A DNA stretch of 64,000 bases from Trichoplax adhaerens (taxonomy: Eukaryota > Animalia > Placozoa), in contig NW_002060944.1 of the NCBI RefSeq assembly GCF_000150275.1, forward strand, positions 6,547,102 to 6,611,101. Direction: 5' to 3'. Made by a program: the position numbers and the translations under genes. Positions 1 through 15,717 of this stretch are shown piece by piece. Position 1 is the first letter of the stretch, and every line of letters begins with the position of its first letter. Under the pieces are notes generated by a model. That model worked only from the letters and a program-made list of their open reading frames with translations, was not told where the DNA came from and made no database searches.

Positions 1-159
1 ATAATTGAATCTTCTTAGAATAAAAGTAATTTGATTGCATTGGCATTGTTGGTAAAGTTCATCATCAAACTATTTCTACTGGAAATGTTGAGGACTACAA
101 GGCTCATACAGTAGCAGAGGAAGAAGGGCGATAAAGTGCCATTGGAAATTAATTCTCTA

Positions 160-870
160 TATTGTAAGTGAAGGTAAAATTTGAAAGCAAACTGTTCTTC
201 CAATAAGAATTGTAAAACATTTTTGAATAGTTCAAGGTGTAAAAGAGGAGACAGGATTAATGAAGGAAAGAGTTGTTAGAATATTTTTAGATTAAATTGT
301 AACCAACAACTGGAAAGTTTGCAATAGAAACGCTTCCTTAAATAGAAATTTTGAATATTGCTGTAAAACTTGTAAGCAAGATATTCCTTCAGTGAAAATT
401 ATCAAGGTGTGAAAGAGGATACAAGATTAATGAAGGAAACAGTTTAAGATGAAATGGTAACCAACAACCGTAAAGTTTGCAATGCAAACATTCCTAAAAT
501 AGAATTTTTCAAGCTAGCGTTCTATTTGTAAGCAAGATTCCTCGATGGAAATTATGAAGGTGTGAAAGGGGATGCAAGATTAATGAGGGAATAAAGTTTA
601 AGATAAAATGGTAACCAACAACCGTCAAGTATGCAATGGAAACTTTCCTAAAATAGAAATTTTCAAGCTAACTGCAAAATTTGTGAGCAAAGTATTTCTC
701 CAATAGAGAATGGTGAAAAACTCCTTCGAATGTTGAGAGGGGTGGAAAAATTATAACTAACTACTGTAAAGCTTGTAATGGAACATTTCTAGAATAGAAA
801 TTTTCGATATAGACGTAAAATTTGTAAGCAGTATGTTCCTCCAATGAAAATTATAAAAACTCTTTCGAGT
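160..870. repeat. Degenerate tandem array, ~4-5 copies of a ~140-170 bp unit
   Basis: Anchors GATTAATGA at ~255, ~425, ~578 and AATAGAA(A)TTT at ~341, ~498, ~652, ~793, with TAACCAACAAC and TTGTAAGCAAG recurring in the same order. Confidence 0.85.
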
Positions 871-3800
871 AATTAAGGACAGAGTTGTTACAACTACTAT
901 CTGTATGAAAACTCTCCGCCTATACGAAATTGGTTATTTATTATCTAAAATTCTTAAGGGGCTACAAGATTAATTAAAGATCTAACGGGAGTGGAATAAA
1001 GCTGTTAAAAGAAAGCGTTGCTAAATTGTGGCTAACGTTGTAACCAAGATCCGTAAACTCGAATTTTTCTAAGATTGAATGATAACTTTCTGTTGTGGCT
1101 GTTATTATTTTGGTGCAGAAAGCATGGCTATAAATTGAAATATCTGTAATGGCTGCTGACAAAGACCAGCTACATCATTCTTATGATGTAATACTAGCAA
1201 AATACAGCATGGACAGATAGATGTTGCAGTGCTAAATTGATTCATTTCTGTGGAGGATAGAGCTCAAAGTCATGAAGTTTACGCATATATGCAAGTTAAG
1301 CCTGATTTTCTTTCAGACTCTATGATGTTGGGACAAAAAAACAGCCCTTTACCCTTAATAAGAAGGATTAGTCATACAATATATAGAGCACCTAATTCAC
1401 GTAGAGAGTAAAATTTCCAGTGTCGACAAAATACAAACTAAGCTTAATTAGTAGGAGCTCTCCCGTTATAGTGGAGAAAAAGTCTGCAAATGAACAAAAA
1501 AACCCCTTGAGTCGTGTCTGTTTTTTCTTAAAACTGTCTAATCGCAGAATCACTTCTACACTCTTGTATAACTGTTTATCTTGTGGTAATCGATTAATTA
1601 TCAACATAGAAAGTAAAGTTCTTCGGTCCAGAAAAAACCTAGCGACTGAATTTTAGAAAAGATGCTGTTATCCATTAAAAAAGCTTGTTTACAAACGATA
1701 ATTTAGAACAATTTTAACGATATGGATAATAGTGGAATGGTTATCCATGACATACGCGTGTTAGTTCAGTATAGTAAACAAGGAATCAATTGGTTATTTT
1801 AGCTTAGACAGTTCTACATTTTTAGCTAGCATAATGATAATACTAAGTTTCAAAATGAGAAAGAGGTACGTTCAACGTTAGCGAAAATTTTAAAGATATT
1901 CTAACCGATCGACCACAGTTGTAGTCCAAAAATGGCAGAGATGTAAATAATTTCAATTAAATAATTTCATGCATAGTACAGCATCGTCAACAATTAACCA
2001 TATTGCCAACAAACTATTGACTATTAATATACAAATTTCTGAATTTTGGCTCCCAATTAGATTTCCACGTGATCTTAAAAAAACCACGCTTAATAGAAGA
2101 CCAGCCAAAAATGTTATTGCTTACTTATGATCATAAATTAATATTGGAAAAGAAATTCAGGATGAAATTCGATCATAAGATGAGCTCAATCACACAAGCG
2201 TTGATATTCTTGAGAATGGATTGCAGTATCATTTTACATCCAATTTAGGATGTAATAATTAGGAATGAGGTAATGGTTACCGCAATCAGATTATAGCTCT
2301 AAGATTTGGACGTTTAATTGACTTAATTGCAATACAATCTAATATCTATAAGTCCATATGACCTGATGAAAAGACAAAGACTAGTGAAAATAGGATTGCT
2401 TATTTTAGGATAGTTCAAATATAAGCCTATACTCGTCTTCTACAGGACAATTTACAAAATATGGATAAATGATTAGAAGTAGAGAGAATTTTATAGTAAC
2501 ATCTGTGTTTGGAATCAATAAATATTTCTATTGGGCATGGTAAATCATTGCTACCAGGGTGAAAGCCAAGGTACAACACAAAGTCCAATTCTGACGTCTA
2601 TAAAATGGCGATTGATAGTGAATTGCTGTCCTATTTATCTTTTATGCTACGTACTATTTCTATTAGTGTCTCTAACTAAAATCATAGATCTTTCAACAAT
2701 TTTTACTATCGTAAAATAAAAGCTAAAAATTTTTCAATTATATCTAAGTCATGAAGTTTTAGAGCCAGGATAACAAACGTGTAGCCATCAGAACGGAAGT
2801 TATATAGAGCAAAGGTGTATGTTTTATCGTAGTATTAGATATATCAATGACTAACGTAAAGAAGTAGGAAGGTTTCTCTGTCAATATATTTCTATACATT
2901 CTACCACGCAGAATGAATAAAATCTCGCAAAACTACCCGTATATCCAAATATTGCTTATGCTCATACTCTATGAGCTGATAATATAGATTCCCCAAATCA
3001 TGTCAAAATGTGAAATTAAAGTATCAATAATCCGATAAACATACAAAAAAATCATTTGAAGATCCAGTTGAAACATTGCAGTGAATAATGGAAGATCAAG
3101 ATATTTTTACCGGGATTGGTTCCACGAAATGAAGATAATAAATTTTAGTAAACTACCTCATGCTTTTAAACAGTAGACTACTTTCTGTCTACGATAATTG
3201 AAACATGAGCAATAAGTAGCACAACTTATGGCAAGCCAAATCTGGCCATATAATTCAATGAGAGAAGAGGGAGAGAAAAGAAATCAATGATAAAATTTTA
3301 ACTAAAATAAACAATATAACTTATGGCTAACCTGGATTGGCTTGAGAAAATCTCGACCGAGATTAAGCATTATACATCTTGAACAAGAATGGTATCAAAT
3401 GTTGCTATAACATTAAGTATGGACTTTTTTACCGCTATTGATCACGCTTATATATACGTATGCTTAAGGAACGAGAGAAAGGTGGAAGAAAGAAAAGATT
3501 TAATCTTAGATAGAATAGATTTTAAATTATGTTGATCGTGGAAATAAATCAGTTGCATCACCATTGATGCAGACGTGAAATAAAGCATATAGGAATAAGG
3601 TGATTTTCGGAAGAAGCTTTATTTTGCCAACATTCAATTCCAGGTTAAGCTGTCGTATGTTTGATGTACAGTAAGGAATACTAATTTTCTAATATTTCCA
3701 TATAGCGGTTAATTTAAGGGATAAGGAGTAAGATCTATACTAGTGATGGGTTATAATATAGGCCAATCAATAATAAATGGGTAGTCTAGGTTTGCTTTAT

Positions 3801-6800
3801 TCATTTTTATTCAAATTAATTAGTGGGTTATTAAAATTTTCTCTCATTCTCTTACCCCACCCTATCACTCACTTTTAGTGATTAGCCTGATTAAATACAG
3901 GAAAATATTCAGCATGCCCATTTCAGTAGATTTGCGTAGGACGAAGAAATAGATCATTTCATAGTATATCATTATTAAAGAAAATATTAACAGATGGTTT
4001 AACTTGAGTATTAATTAAATTGATGTCGCAGGCCATACGGTTACAGAATATAGTCAAAATTGCTTACTTTATCAAGAAATAGCAGAGATAGACTTATATA
4101 TGTATATACATATACAGCTCATGATGGCAATAATTAAAAATTCCTTATATGAAACATGCTGGTAACACCTTTATTGATATTAGGAAATGCGATAGGAGGG
4201 GTATGTGGGGATAATATGCATGTAAAATCAGGCTGATTAGAATTTATATGAAAGATTCGGTTTTAATTTAGAAATTTCAATCCTGGACTTTAGAGTAATC
4301 GAGCAGAATCAAATTATGGTAAGATTAAGATCTGACATCTAACCTCGATGGGAAAATCCTCTTTAATTTTCCAACGCAGACTGATTTCGTAAAATAGTCC
4401 TTGATACTATTTCTATTTTAATAAGGATTATTGCAAAAAATTTCGTATTGTAAGTCGGATATGTACAAATTTTAAAGATACTAAAGAATAAGTGAGTAAA
4501 TTATTGCAAGTAGTTATGATATATATTTTATAAAATTACGACAGCATTTAAATTTAAAAATTTACTTGAAATTAATTATGATTATGTTACTTATAAATCT
4601 TTATAAAAATTTATTCATTTTTTAATTATGAGTAGATGATGCTTAGAGCTAGTTTTAAAATTTATGGTATCAATAATATTCTGAAGTCCTCTTTAAATCA
4701 ATACGTTTAGTAGTATAAAACAATTTATCATTTTATAGTAAAGCCTAGATGATAATTAAGAGACTTAATGAGCTATAAGTCTACGCCAGCATTGATATGC
4801 AGGTATTAAAAAAATCATTAGAAATTAGTCACAAAATCTAAATTTTATAAAAGTTATTTAAACGTAACTGGTATGTTGATGATTGCAAAGTATTTAAGGT
4901 AATTATTAACCTAATCATCATTATCTTGAAGTTTCCTATAATTATTTTGTTTTAATATAGACGTCAGTTATAATTAAACAGCTAGAATTAGTTGTAGATT
5001 TGGAATAACATTCCCATTCAGAAATCCTCTAGAGTCTGCAATGGCAATTTCTAATTGGTATGAAATTAATATTTAAGCGTCTAAATCATTTCGAATTATT
5101 TAGTAGATTCTTATCAAAGGCTATAGCTCAATATTGTAACTTTGTGAGATAGTGATTCATTTTAAATGTTTATAGAATCAATCATTGATAATGAAAGGGC
5201 TCTATAATATGATACGGCAGTCATTTAGAAATTATACTCGCATGTCAAATCCGTGTGAGGCTTTTTTATTTTTTACGGGTTATCAAACCTAGATATTACC
5301 TTACATCATGATTTAATGATCTTAAGCAGTTATGCAAAGCACTATCATGATTTACGATAGTTCTAAAAGTATATTTAGTAGTATCATTTTAAACTGTCAT
5401 TAAATATTGATGAACGTTTAAGAAACATCGTAAGAGCTTCTGTTGATAACATAATATCTAAAGTCTGTAGGTTAATGATCTGTGCAAATGTTACATTAAT
5501 ACTAGAAGATCATTTGACGACACAAGTAAAATCTTCCGTCTTTAATTTATATAAATTATAATGGAAATACTTTTGTATGAATAATTTTAGATTCCACATC
5601 ATCAGCCAGTTTTAATCTGAATATCCTTAAGCTTATCTTTGATTCTTTTATTCATCAGACATAGAAACAATTAACGTCTCATACAGATATCAAAAAATTA
5701 AATGGTCTAGCGGAAGTATTCTTAATTACAGTCTGGATTCGATATTATTACTGAATTTCAATTTCACAATTAATTTTTGAATTTGTCCTATAGCAGTTAT
5801 CAAATAACACACCAGAGAATACGTCAGATTTTGAAGTATAACGTAGTTTCCTATCATTGAGATAACTTAGATACTATAAGTTTGATCCATTTAACGAAAT
5901 TAATTTTCTACCGATATTATGATACTAGATCTTGGTATAAAAATGATCCAGTTTCAAGTGTCAAGTTCCTTTTAGTTATAGCAACTGATCCGCATTATCT
6001 TGTAAATTCTGTTAATATTTCATTAGTCAAGGATTTATAGTGTGAGTCCTGATTTTTGACATTTTCGTTGCTGATAAAGCAAAACAAGATGACTTTGAGA
6101 AGTATATAAAATTTACCCCCGCCTAATACTTAAATTCTTTACATTAGCTTTATGATAGTTTGCCGTAGTTCGATGTTTACTCACTTTGTTTTGCAATCCT
6201 AGAATCAAGCTATGCCAGATATACTATAAGTAGATCTAACTCTTCTTATTTCAAATTTAAAGAAGAAGATATTGGGCTTTTAAAATATTCTGCCATCAAT
6301 TACATTGTACCACTGATATGAATATGTGCTAGCTTGATAGTTTAGTTTTGGCTCGCAAGATCTTACTTAACTTATAGGAATATCACTTTGATTTTGAATG
6401 TTAGTAAATATCAATGTGTCATGATTTTAAAGAATTTCATTTGATTAGCAATTAAGAGTAAAGAGAAAGAGGGTTCACGGTTGAAAATATTGTTTGATAG
6501 TGCTAAAATTAATGAAATGTTATTATTTCTAAGATTTGATGAAATTTAATTTCATATTCAGTTTTAAAAGTTTAAACACAGTTAGTTTTGTCACTTGAAC
6601 CATCAACCATGATAACTTCCAAGATAACACGATCAGAGCTATACTTTGAAAGATTCTATGGCTATAGTTTTACGTAATTTCGTCAAGAATGATATTATTT
6701 CTTAATTAAATCTTGCGAGAGGATACACAGTATTTGGATTACTGTAGTAGATAATCGTTTCGACAACTAATTTAATTTTTATATCTAGTCAACACGAGTA

Positions 6801-9800
6801 TGATGACTATAACTAAATATGGCAGGCAAAAATTAAAATTAAATAAACTTTTTGATACAGATATAAAGGAAGGTAAATCCAATTACGATAGTAAACCGAG
6901 CAAATTAATAGTGAAACGTAGTTTTTATGGTAAATTTTATGCTTTGTTGTTTAAGTGTGTGTCGTTAATGAAGGAAAGTATTTCATCTACTGAAGGAAAA
7001 GATTTCTTTCACTGAATTTTTAGAGGAAATTTTTGATAACTAATTTTCATTCTAAATGAGAATTTGATCAATGCAACCGCATTCATGGGTTTTAAGCAGT
7101 GTTTCTATCCACGATACGGTTGAACTTGTAATACTGTAGAGAGGAAAGATTATGTTTATATTTTCTATATGATCGCCGCTGCATTGTTGTCTAGCCGTTG
7201 AAAATTTATATTTCGTACGATCTTGAAAATAAAGTCATAAATGTAATAAATGCTCTATCATCTCTGGATATGTCCGGATATTAAAATAAAGTTGGACTTA
7301 AAATAAATAAAATTAAACGTTCTTTTCAGGTCACTAATCAGCCTGTCCATACTTATAAGTATTAGTACAAAGTGTTATTAGATTAATTTCAGTATCGATT
7401 AGAAATAAATAGTAAAGAAATCTGAAAAATAGTCTAGAGATTGAATTTGGTAAACTGATGTAGATATCAATTAAAGATTAAAGCAACATTGGAAGTATAA
7501 ATTGATAGTCTTGACAGGATGATAAATATCGCGTTAAAATATTTCAATTTCTATACCAATCGAAATATTAAGTAATTCATTTTTACCTTGACAACGCTCA
7601 ATAAGGAAGAATCTGATGGGCGTTAAAATGTTTGAAAGATCCGATGTTGCTAGCCGATTGATGGTCAATTTTACGTAAGTCAGCCAGCAAAATGTGGAAT
7701 GAAGATTATCCTAAATTCAAGAATGAATTCTTCGGTCTGATCAGGATGATGACGTCTAAATAAAATAGAATATTATAAATGATAGAAGAGTTTAGAAAGA
7801 TATTAAAACTGCCTCTATCTTTCTTGAAAATTATGGATTGTGTTTTTAAAGTCAATAACAAACAATATCAATGGCGTCTCGAAGATTGACATCACTTTCC
7901 AAAGTATTGATAATTTAAAAATAAATAAAGTGTTTACAATGCTAATCAAATTTATAAGTAGAAAATATAATATTGGTTAACGCTGACCATGATGATCGAT
8001 CTACGGATATTTGAACTGTCCTACACGAGTTAACGTCTAATTAATGGCAGAATATCTTACTGGAATGGATCAATGTTCAACTAATTTTCTTCCTTAAACT
8101 GATGTCTAAACATGGCAATACCTAAATCAAAATGAGAATAGATATAGTTGGTGATCAATCCATTCGCCCATTTAAGAGAATAAAAAGAAGGGAAAAGTCT
8201 TTCATTCATCTCCAGTTATTTATTTTAAATAATGATTGAAAATCGATAGATAATACAATAGTAGATATTGAGATTTCACGTTCAATAAGGGTGAATTAAA
8301 GGCCGGACAAATATATATAAATCATCAATAGCTAAAGAATAGAATTATTGTTTTCATTCTTTTCTAACCTCAATTGCATTCTTGATAGTCCAGTCTTATT
8401 AATTGATGGTAGAAATAGTCATTTTTAGGATTTTTTCACTAAATAAAAGAAATAGAGAAAAGATAATTAAAAATATTTTACACGTGGCAAACTGACCATC
8501 TCTAAAATGATGAATACATTCATCTCTAATATCTCTTCTATAGTAAATGTAATAGTTGAGATTATTCGAGTATCAAATCGAGATAATTTTGAAGATGGTC
8601 TTTTATACTTATTATAAATTCGCTTTTTACGTTGCTTTAAAATTCTATGTGAAAACTATTGTAGATCGAAGATTATCTTGTAGTTTTAATCGATGATGCC
8701 ATAGTCAAGCACAGATGTAGACACTTTTATAATCAATTACATAAGATATTTTGAAAAATTGCATCGGGAAATTACTATTTCGTTATTAAATGAATTAGTA
8801 TTGCAATAAGATCTGGGTATCATTAACACGGTAACGGTAGTAACTCATTTAAGATTTTCGCGAGAAAATTAGAGAGCTATAAAATTATTAACATTAAAGT
8901 TATTGATAGCAATTAGTGAATAGCATAACAGTAATAACAGGATTTGGACGTTATTAGAATTAATTAGCTTGAAATATTTTGTAATAGCTATATCAGGAAT
9001 TTATTATCCTGTTATTTTTAATGATCTTTAAGCAATGTGAAAATTTAAAACACCCTTAATAGCAATTAAAAATTTCATACAGAAATTATCAAGCTCTGTT
9101 ATTGCTGTCATTTAAGCTTTTGAAATCGAAATTTGAATTTCAGCACAGCATGTAAATTAACGGACAGTATCGCACCGCTATTGAGATTTAGATAGTACAG
9201 TATTAAAACTTATTTGCTTAAAATACTGTCCGATAACTCGTATTAAGAATTTGTTGGACTTTTATTTTTTAAATTAATGAATTTTCAGAATGTAGAGAGG
9301 TTTAGCATGTTACTGGTAATAGTTAATTTGAAGTTTCATGTAAAAATAAGAATTAATGTAAATTATAAACTTTAAATTTAAATTAGCGGCGATTTCCTTT
9401 CTGAGTGATTTGTATAACGAATTTAAGATCATAATATTGTTACAAGTTTCATAAAGTGGCAATAAAATGAAGACACCGTTAATGCAAATTAGGTTAAATT
9501 TAAAATAAAATTAAAGAAATCATAGCCATCAAGTAGGTAACTGCAGGCGTCTAAATCATATTTGCAGTACGGCCATTAAAATTTTAAATAATTCGTAATA
9601 AATATTTTTTTAACGTTAGTTCTTTGATTATTGCATACGTGAATATATTTCCATTCCAATTAAAGAAGAGATTTTGTTGTTCGCATTTTCATATTATGTC
9701 AAATGATCCGGTTTGATTTGGTATAAGCTAAATTCGAAGTAGCTGTTATAAAGATTTACTATTGGCTCTGTACTCATTAACAGGTTATTTTAGACGGAGT

Positions 9801-12800
9801 TAAAGTAGAAATTTTGTACTAATACACTTTATAACTATATCAGGTTGGGTCTGATTAATGTAAACTATAATATTTCGTACTTTATTGCTATTTTAACTGA
9901 GAGAAAATTACATATATATTAACACGCATTCTAACTGTATCACTTGCCATGGAAAATAATTATACCTATACTTCTTATTTAATGGTCATGTTATTTTAAC
10001 TAATTATTATATAATGTTATCATTAAGATCTATATGATTTGGAAGTATCATTTTTTTAGACGTAATAAAAATTGCAATAATCGTAGAATGATCAATACCT
10101 AACCAAAATGAAACTTAAATACAAGAGACTGGTCTTTAAGCGCACTCATACACTATAATTACATTCTATATATCAAAACCTTTCTTTTTAGTAAAAATTG
10201 GATCATGAAATCCAATTGGATGTAAAGTGATTCTATATCATCGATGATATTTTACTAAAAAGAAACTTGTATTTTTGCATACACTATTGGAAAGTATTTG
10301 GAGTTTCTTGGGTTTTTGTGCTCGTACTTTGCCATTATATAATTACTGCTTATTTATCTGAATAACTTGATCCATTCCGTACATTTACGAGAAAGACTAG
10401 ATTTACTTACCGTGACAGGTTTTGCTATTTCTATGTTGTATTATTGTAATAATATTAACTTATATTAATTTAAGCGATAGAAACTTTGATATTTAAAAGT
10501 TTTCTGCATAATAATAGCTGGAAATTCTAAAAATGTATTTCATGATTGAAATAGATGATAGAACCCTTTAATTCACTCTGCTACGTCATTTTTTAATCTA
10601 GAGTGATAAATAATTACATATAAATTTGGCATTACTAATTTTAAAAACTTTGGATATGATACGTAAATGCGGTAATCCTGTACAACCAATTGCGTACACT
10701 ACTTTCGGATTAGTAGACTAGACTTGAATATATAATTGCTAATAAGTTGAGTTTTACTAATATTAGAATTCTAGATATGACGATATAAATCAGAAATACT
10801 ACTATTATATCGCTTGTTAACAAGTTGGGTTCGAAATATTTATGCTGTAGTTTAATTATGTACAATCTGAAATCTGATTATCGCATTAAATGATAAAACG
10901 AAGGACTAATATTTTGTGGTAAACTTACAATGAATAATTTTCGTTAAAAAATGACCGATATGTAATAATTCATATGAAATCTTTCTATGCAGTTTTGTAT
11001 CATCAATTTACTTGATCAATTCAATTTAGCATCTCGTTATATCACAAGTTTCATTAAATTACTTAGTATATGAATATTAAACTATTTTAAATTCGACTAA
11101 TGTTATCATAAATTGAAAGCGAAAAGCATCATGTTTGAGAATCTGACTCTACCTGCATAATCCTTTGACTAACCAGTTAATAGAAATTCTAATTGATGGA
11201 ATTGGACGTTTGATTACACCGTATAACGTTCTTCTAAAGGATTTGAAATTAATATATAAGAGATAATTCTGTCTGGCGAATAGAACGCCTTTTTTTAGGA
11301 CAGGAACTTACGTGATTTGTCTAATTAATTTGAGTAGGTTTGAATTATAAAATTTCGAAGATATTTCTATTATTTACTGATAGATTCAAGAGTCGGATAG
11401 AATATTTGTAATGGAGAAATACTATTACAGTAAATAGGTTAATGTCAAGTTGTTAACTATAGTATGGATGTCTTAACTTAGCTGTATTAAAGTTAATGAT
11501 ATCTTTCATTTATGTATCGTTTGATAATGAAATAAATTTTAGTAATTTAATGTCAATGAATGAATTAAGATATTGTCCTGATTGACGCAATACTACTACT
11601 AAGATATTAATAGAGAGTAATAAAATAAGTTTAGCTCAATTAAATTATATTATAGGAAGTGCTAAGAAATGGGTTTTCTTATATAAATTATCAAATGTTC
11701 GTAAGTGCAGATACATAGGCGGTTATGCGAGTTTTGAAGATAAAAAGAAAATCGAATTTAACCTTACAATTTTGTTCAATTTTACCAATGACTAACACAG
11801 CTTCCACCATTAAATTCGTAGCAAATAGTAATACGAAGGCGATGATGGTATACTGGTAGAGAGATTATGATAAGGAATCAAAACCGAAAAATGATTTAAG
11901 CTAGTCTTTATATGGTGTTGAAATAAGTACTACAATGCATGAATGAGTAAATAAATGAAAAATTAACATCAAATTTCGGTCCCTTGTATTCATATAATGA
12001 CATAAGGAGATTGAAGAGATAGGATAAAATTTAAAATCAGGCGCTATTTTGATCAAGTAAGAAATAAACGAACATTTATATAGTACGGTATATTAGTATA
12101 TGGGTAGAATCAAGGTTAAAGGGAAAGTAATCAGTTTCGATAGAATTTTCGAAACAAAATTTTGCTAAATGATAGGTAAATCAAAATCAAAATTGAATCG
12201 CGGGCAGTATCAAGGGTATTAACACTAAATGGATTTGCTTAGAAAATTATAGAAAATACAAAATTATTAAATTACTAACATGATCGATTGATATGATGAA
12301 ACTGGACCCGGATTATCGTTATAAAATCATAGTAAGAACAAGGAAATGAAAAATTATAGTAAATAACTATGATTACTATAGAAGGTATTGACCTTGCCTT
12401 GAATGCAGTTGACTGTGTTGTTTTCTTTATTTAGTAAATGTGTCAGAGATTTAAAAATATCCTTCGGATATTACCGCCATCTTGGAGACACACAACAATG
12501 ATTGATTCTTCAATTGAGGAAATTACATAAGAGATTGAAGGTAAATTAAATTACCGTATCCTCCTCCCACTAACTTTCATAAAACATAAAAATAGTAGCT
12601 GAGACTATTGTTTTCTAAATCAATATCATCCGTTTACTTTGCTATTAATATCTCGGTATCCGTCAAGACTACTTTAAATAGGAAGTCCAGCCTAATCCTA
12701 TCATCTTGATATAGAGTCAAGAGAATATTGGTACGTATATCTATCCATATTATTTATCATCTGTTACAAGCGCTATCTATTTTTCTTTCTATAGTTATCT

Positions 12801-12984
12801 ATTCTAATTTTAGTAAACTGAAGATGATGAAAAGATAGCTTTATTTTACCAAGTGCTATGTATGTCCTTTATTACAGCCAAGCAGGTAGCTTGTTAACTA
12901 GGGAAAAATGCCTTTACACTTAACGTAATATTTTCCTGTATCAATTTAATAAACATTGGCGAACATATCTGTTATCTGTTACAC

Positions 12985-13660
12985 ACGCTAAACATTTTTT
13001 ATTTCTTTTAACATGCACGCTAATTTCAGTAAACTAAAAATGTTGGTATGATGATTTTATATACTAAGATTGAAACTTTATTCAGTCTACGTTTTAATTT
13101 AATCATAATAATGGTGTGATTATTCGTGGAGTAAAACTGCAATCAATGAGTCTTTCACATGTTTTTGTCTCGGAAGAGGAAAATATCGTAGATTAAGACA
13201 GAGGAGACGATTTAAAGTTATTAAAATTTTCTTTATATAGATTTATTGGAAATTGGGAATATGTCTATCATCTGCTACAAACGGTAAACAGCTTTTTTCT
13301 TTTGACATACATGCTAATTTCAGTAAACTAAAAATAGTGGAATGATGATTCTATATACTAAGATTGTCACTTCATTCAGTCTACTATATGTTTTTATTAT
13401 AATAATGACGCAATTATTCGTGGAGTAAAACTGAAATCAGTGAGATGTTTCACCTGTTTTTATCTCATGATGCAGACAAGAATATTGTACATTAGATAGA
13501 GTAGACTATTTAAATTATTATCGTTACTCGATTCAATCTTGTCTTAAACCATAGTAATTACTCGTAGAATAGAATTAAAGTTAATGAGTTATTTCACATG
13601 TTTTGTCCAGTGATATAGAGTAGAAGAAAAAATGTTTTAGATAAAGATGGAGTAGACAAT
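12985..13660. repeat. Direct duplication, ~297 bp unit (2 copies plus partial third)
   Basis: GCTAATTTCAGTAAACTAAAAAT...TATATACTAAGATTG...TTATTCGTGGAGTAAAACTG at ~13019 and ~13312; partial copy (TTTCACATGTTTTGTC, AGTAGAC) near 13590-13660. Confidence 0.85.
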
Positions 13661-14947
13661 TGATTAATATTGCCTATTAATTGATAAATATTATTATAGT
13701 CTACATAAATTGTATTATAATTAAAATAACTTTAAGTAATTAAGTAGCTGCATGGGTACAATACTGTCAGGATGATGACGAACGGTCGATTTCTTCATGC
13801 AAATAGAGGTTAAAGATGTCGCATAAATGGTGCGGAAAGTGACACTTCCATGCTGAGATGATGGAATAATTGTAGATATTTTTTCTATCTTGTCTAATTG
13901 ATGATAATACGAGTATATTGGTAATTCTTGGCTATAATGCTGTCGTAAAATAGATTAGCTTGTACAGTATAATATTTTCGATTGTGAGGTTATGAGTAAG
14001 TAACTGTTCATAGGGGACATATTATCGCTTTAGACATGTATAGGTATTCGCTTGTAGAGAACTGATGTAAGTGATCAAGTAAAGTTAACAAAAAATCGAA
14101 GCACTTTTTTAGATACTTAATGTGGCTCCACAGTAGCCATTTAGGTAGTCTAGAGTGCACATGCCTTGGGCATGGTAAAATATTCATAGGAAGTAATGGA
14201 TGAAAAATAGCGTAAGGATATTGAAAGTGCGACAGTAGTTTCCACGAGGTGCTCAAGAAAACCATATTCTCATTGATAGGTATACCAGTAGGCTGTAGGA
14301 TTCTGGAAATACGTGTAGTCTCATTTCAAAGGCAATAAAGTTGATTTTACCAATGTCTGATTAGTAGTAAGTAGCTGAATGATCATAATAATGCAGATAT
14401 TAATAATTTAATAGAAGCTCTAACTCACATATCTATGCTCTTGACTGTCGACTGTCTTCTGCAGTAACAGCTAAACAGAATCGATGGGTAAGATATGATC
14501 AGAATTTCCATTAGCCTTGTGAATTAATTCTTTGCTAAAAAAGGTGCTTACTAAGCGCAATACAGTAGAGTGCAATATGGCGCATTAGCAGTAATTTAGT
14601 CAAAACCAAGAAGACAGTTGTAGAGGCTATTCCCAGTCAATTACCTTTTTACGCGTATACACTAAAATTGTTAGGGAAGTCATTGGGCCAATTTTAGGCA
14701 ACATGCAAATTCATGTCTATTCTAGAGTATTTTGTCAGGTTAGATTGGGAGTACTGTAATAAGGATTAAGCAGTTGAAACAGTTCTAATTTCATACCGTT
14801 CTGTACAATCATTGCAATGATAATAGCATAAGGATAGTGTTTAATATGTAGGTACTTATAGCAGCTAAGAAGTTAGTGTGTTAATTAAATAACTTAAGCA
14901 GAGAGTCCTAAAAGGGAAAATGCTTTTCTCTTTGGAGTCCTTGACTT

Positions 14948-15215
14948 CTGACTATTATTATATAAGCTATCCACAAATATCCCACTGTTACAGATGCTTC
15001 TGTTGTAGCTCCTTAATGTTCTTATGCGTGATCTGTAGATGGATGCTATCTCTATCTGTTAATCACTTAGTTTGTTTGACTATTTATAAGCTATCGATAA
15101 CTATCCTACAACTACAGATAGCTTCTGTTGTAGCTCCTCGACATTATTATACCTGATCAGTCGATGAATGCTATCTATATCGGTTCGTCACTTAGTTATT
15201 AATTTGACTATTTCT
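14948..15215. repeat. Tandem duplication, ~124 bp unit x2
   Basis: ATAAGCTATC...GCTTCTGTTGTAGCTCCT...ATGCTATCT...TCACTTAGTT...TTTGACTATTT at ~14962 and ~15086. Confidence 0.85.
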
Positions 15216-15717
15216 ATCAGAAGTCGCTGTGACGGTAGAGAACATGCAGATACTGTTGACATACCACCTGCTTAAGCAATACAGTTTAGAATACTGTCAG
15301 ATTAAATTAGAAGTAATGAGGGTTTACTTCTTTGACAAGTGTCAGCCTGCAAAGCATAGCAGGTATTGCATTGCATAATCATAGAATGATTCGTTGATAG
15401 AACGGGTAGCGTATAACTACAGTTGAGAAAATGAATCCACCACAGAATTGAGCATCGGCATATTGGCGTAATGAAGTGTTTAGAATAAGGTGATATGAGG
15501 CGGAACACATTCTAATCCGACTGTCATGTCTATTTCTTCTTCTTATGGTACTGTTTACTCTTCAGATCACATGCTAGTTTGCACTATGGTAATCTGCGAT
15601 TTACAAACTTGAAACATCGGGTATTCATTTGCCTCAACTTGGGTACTTCTGGTAACTGCCACTAAGTTGTCATGGTACGCAGTACTAAACAGTAACATGG
15701 TCTGCTAAATCTTACCG

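Noticed and set aside
5237-5274. Short stem-loop followed by a T-tract, terminator-like
   Set aside because: 8-bp stem with G-U pairs is expected by chance; no associated gene or Pol III boxes seen.
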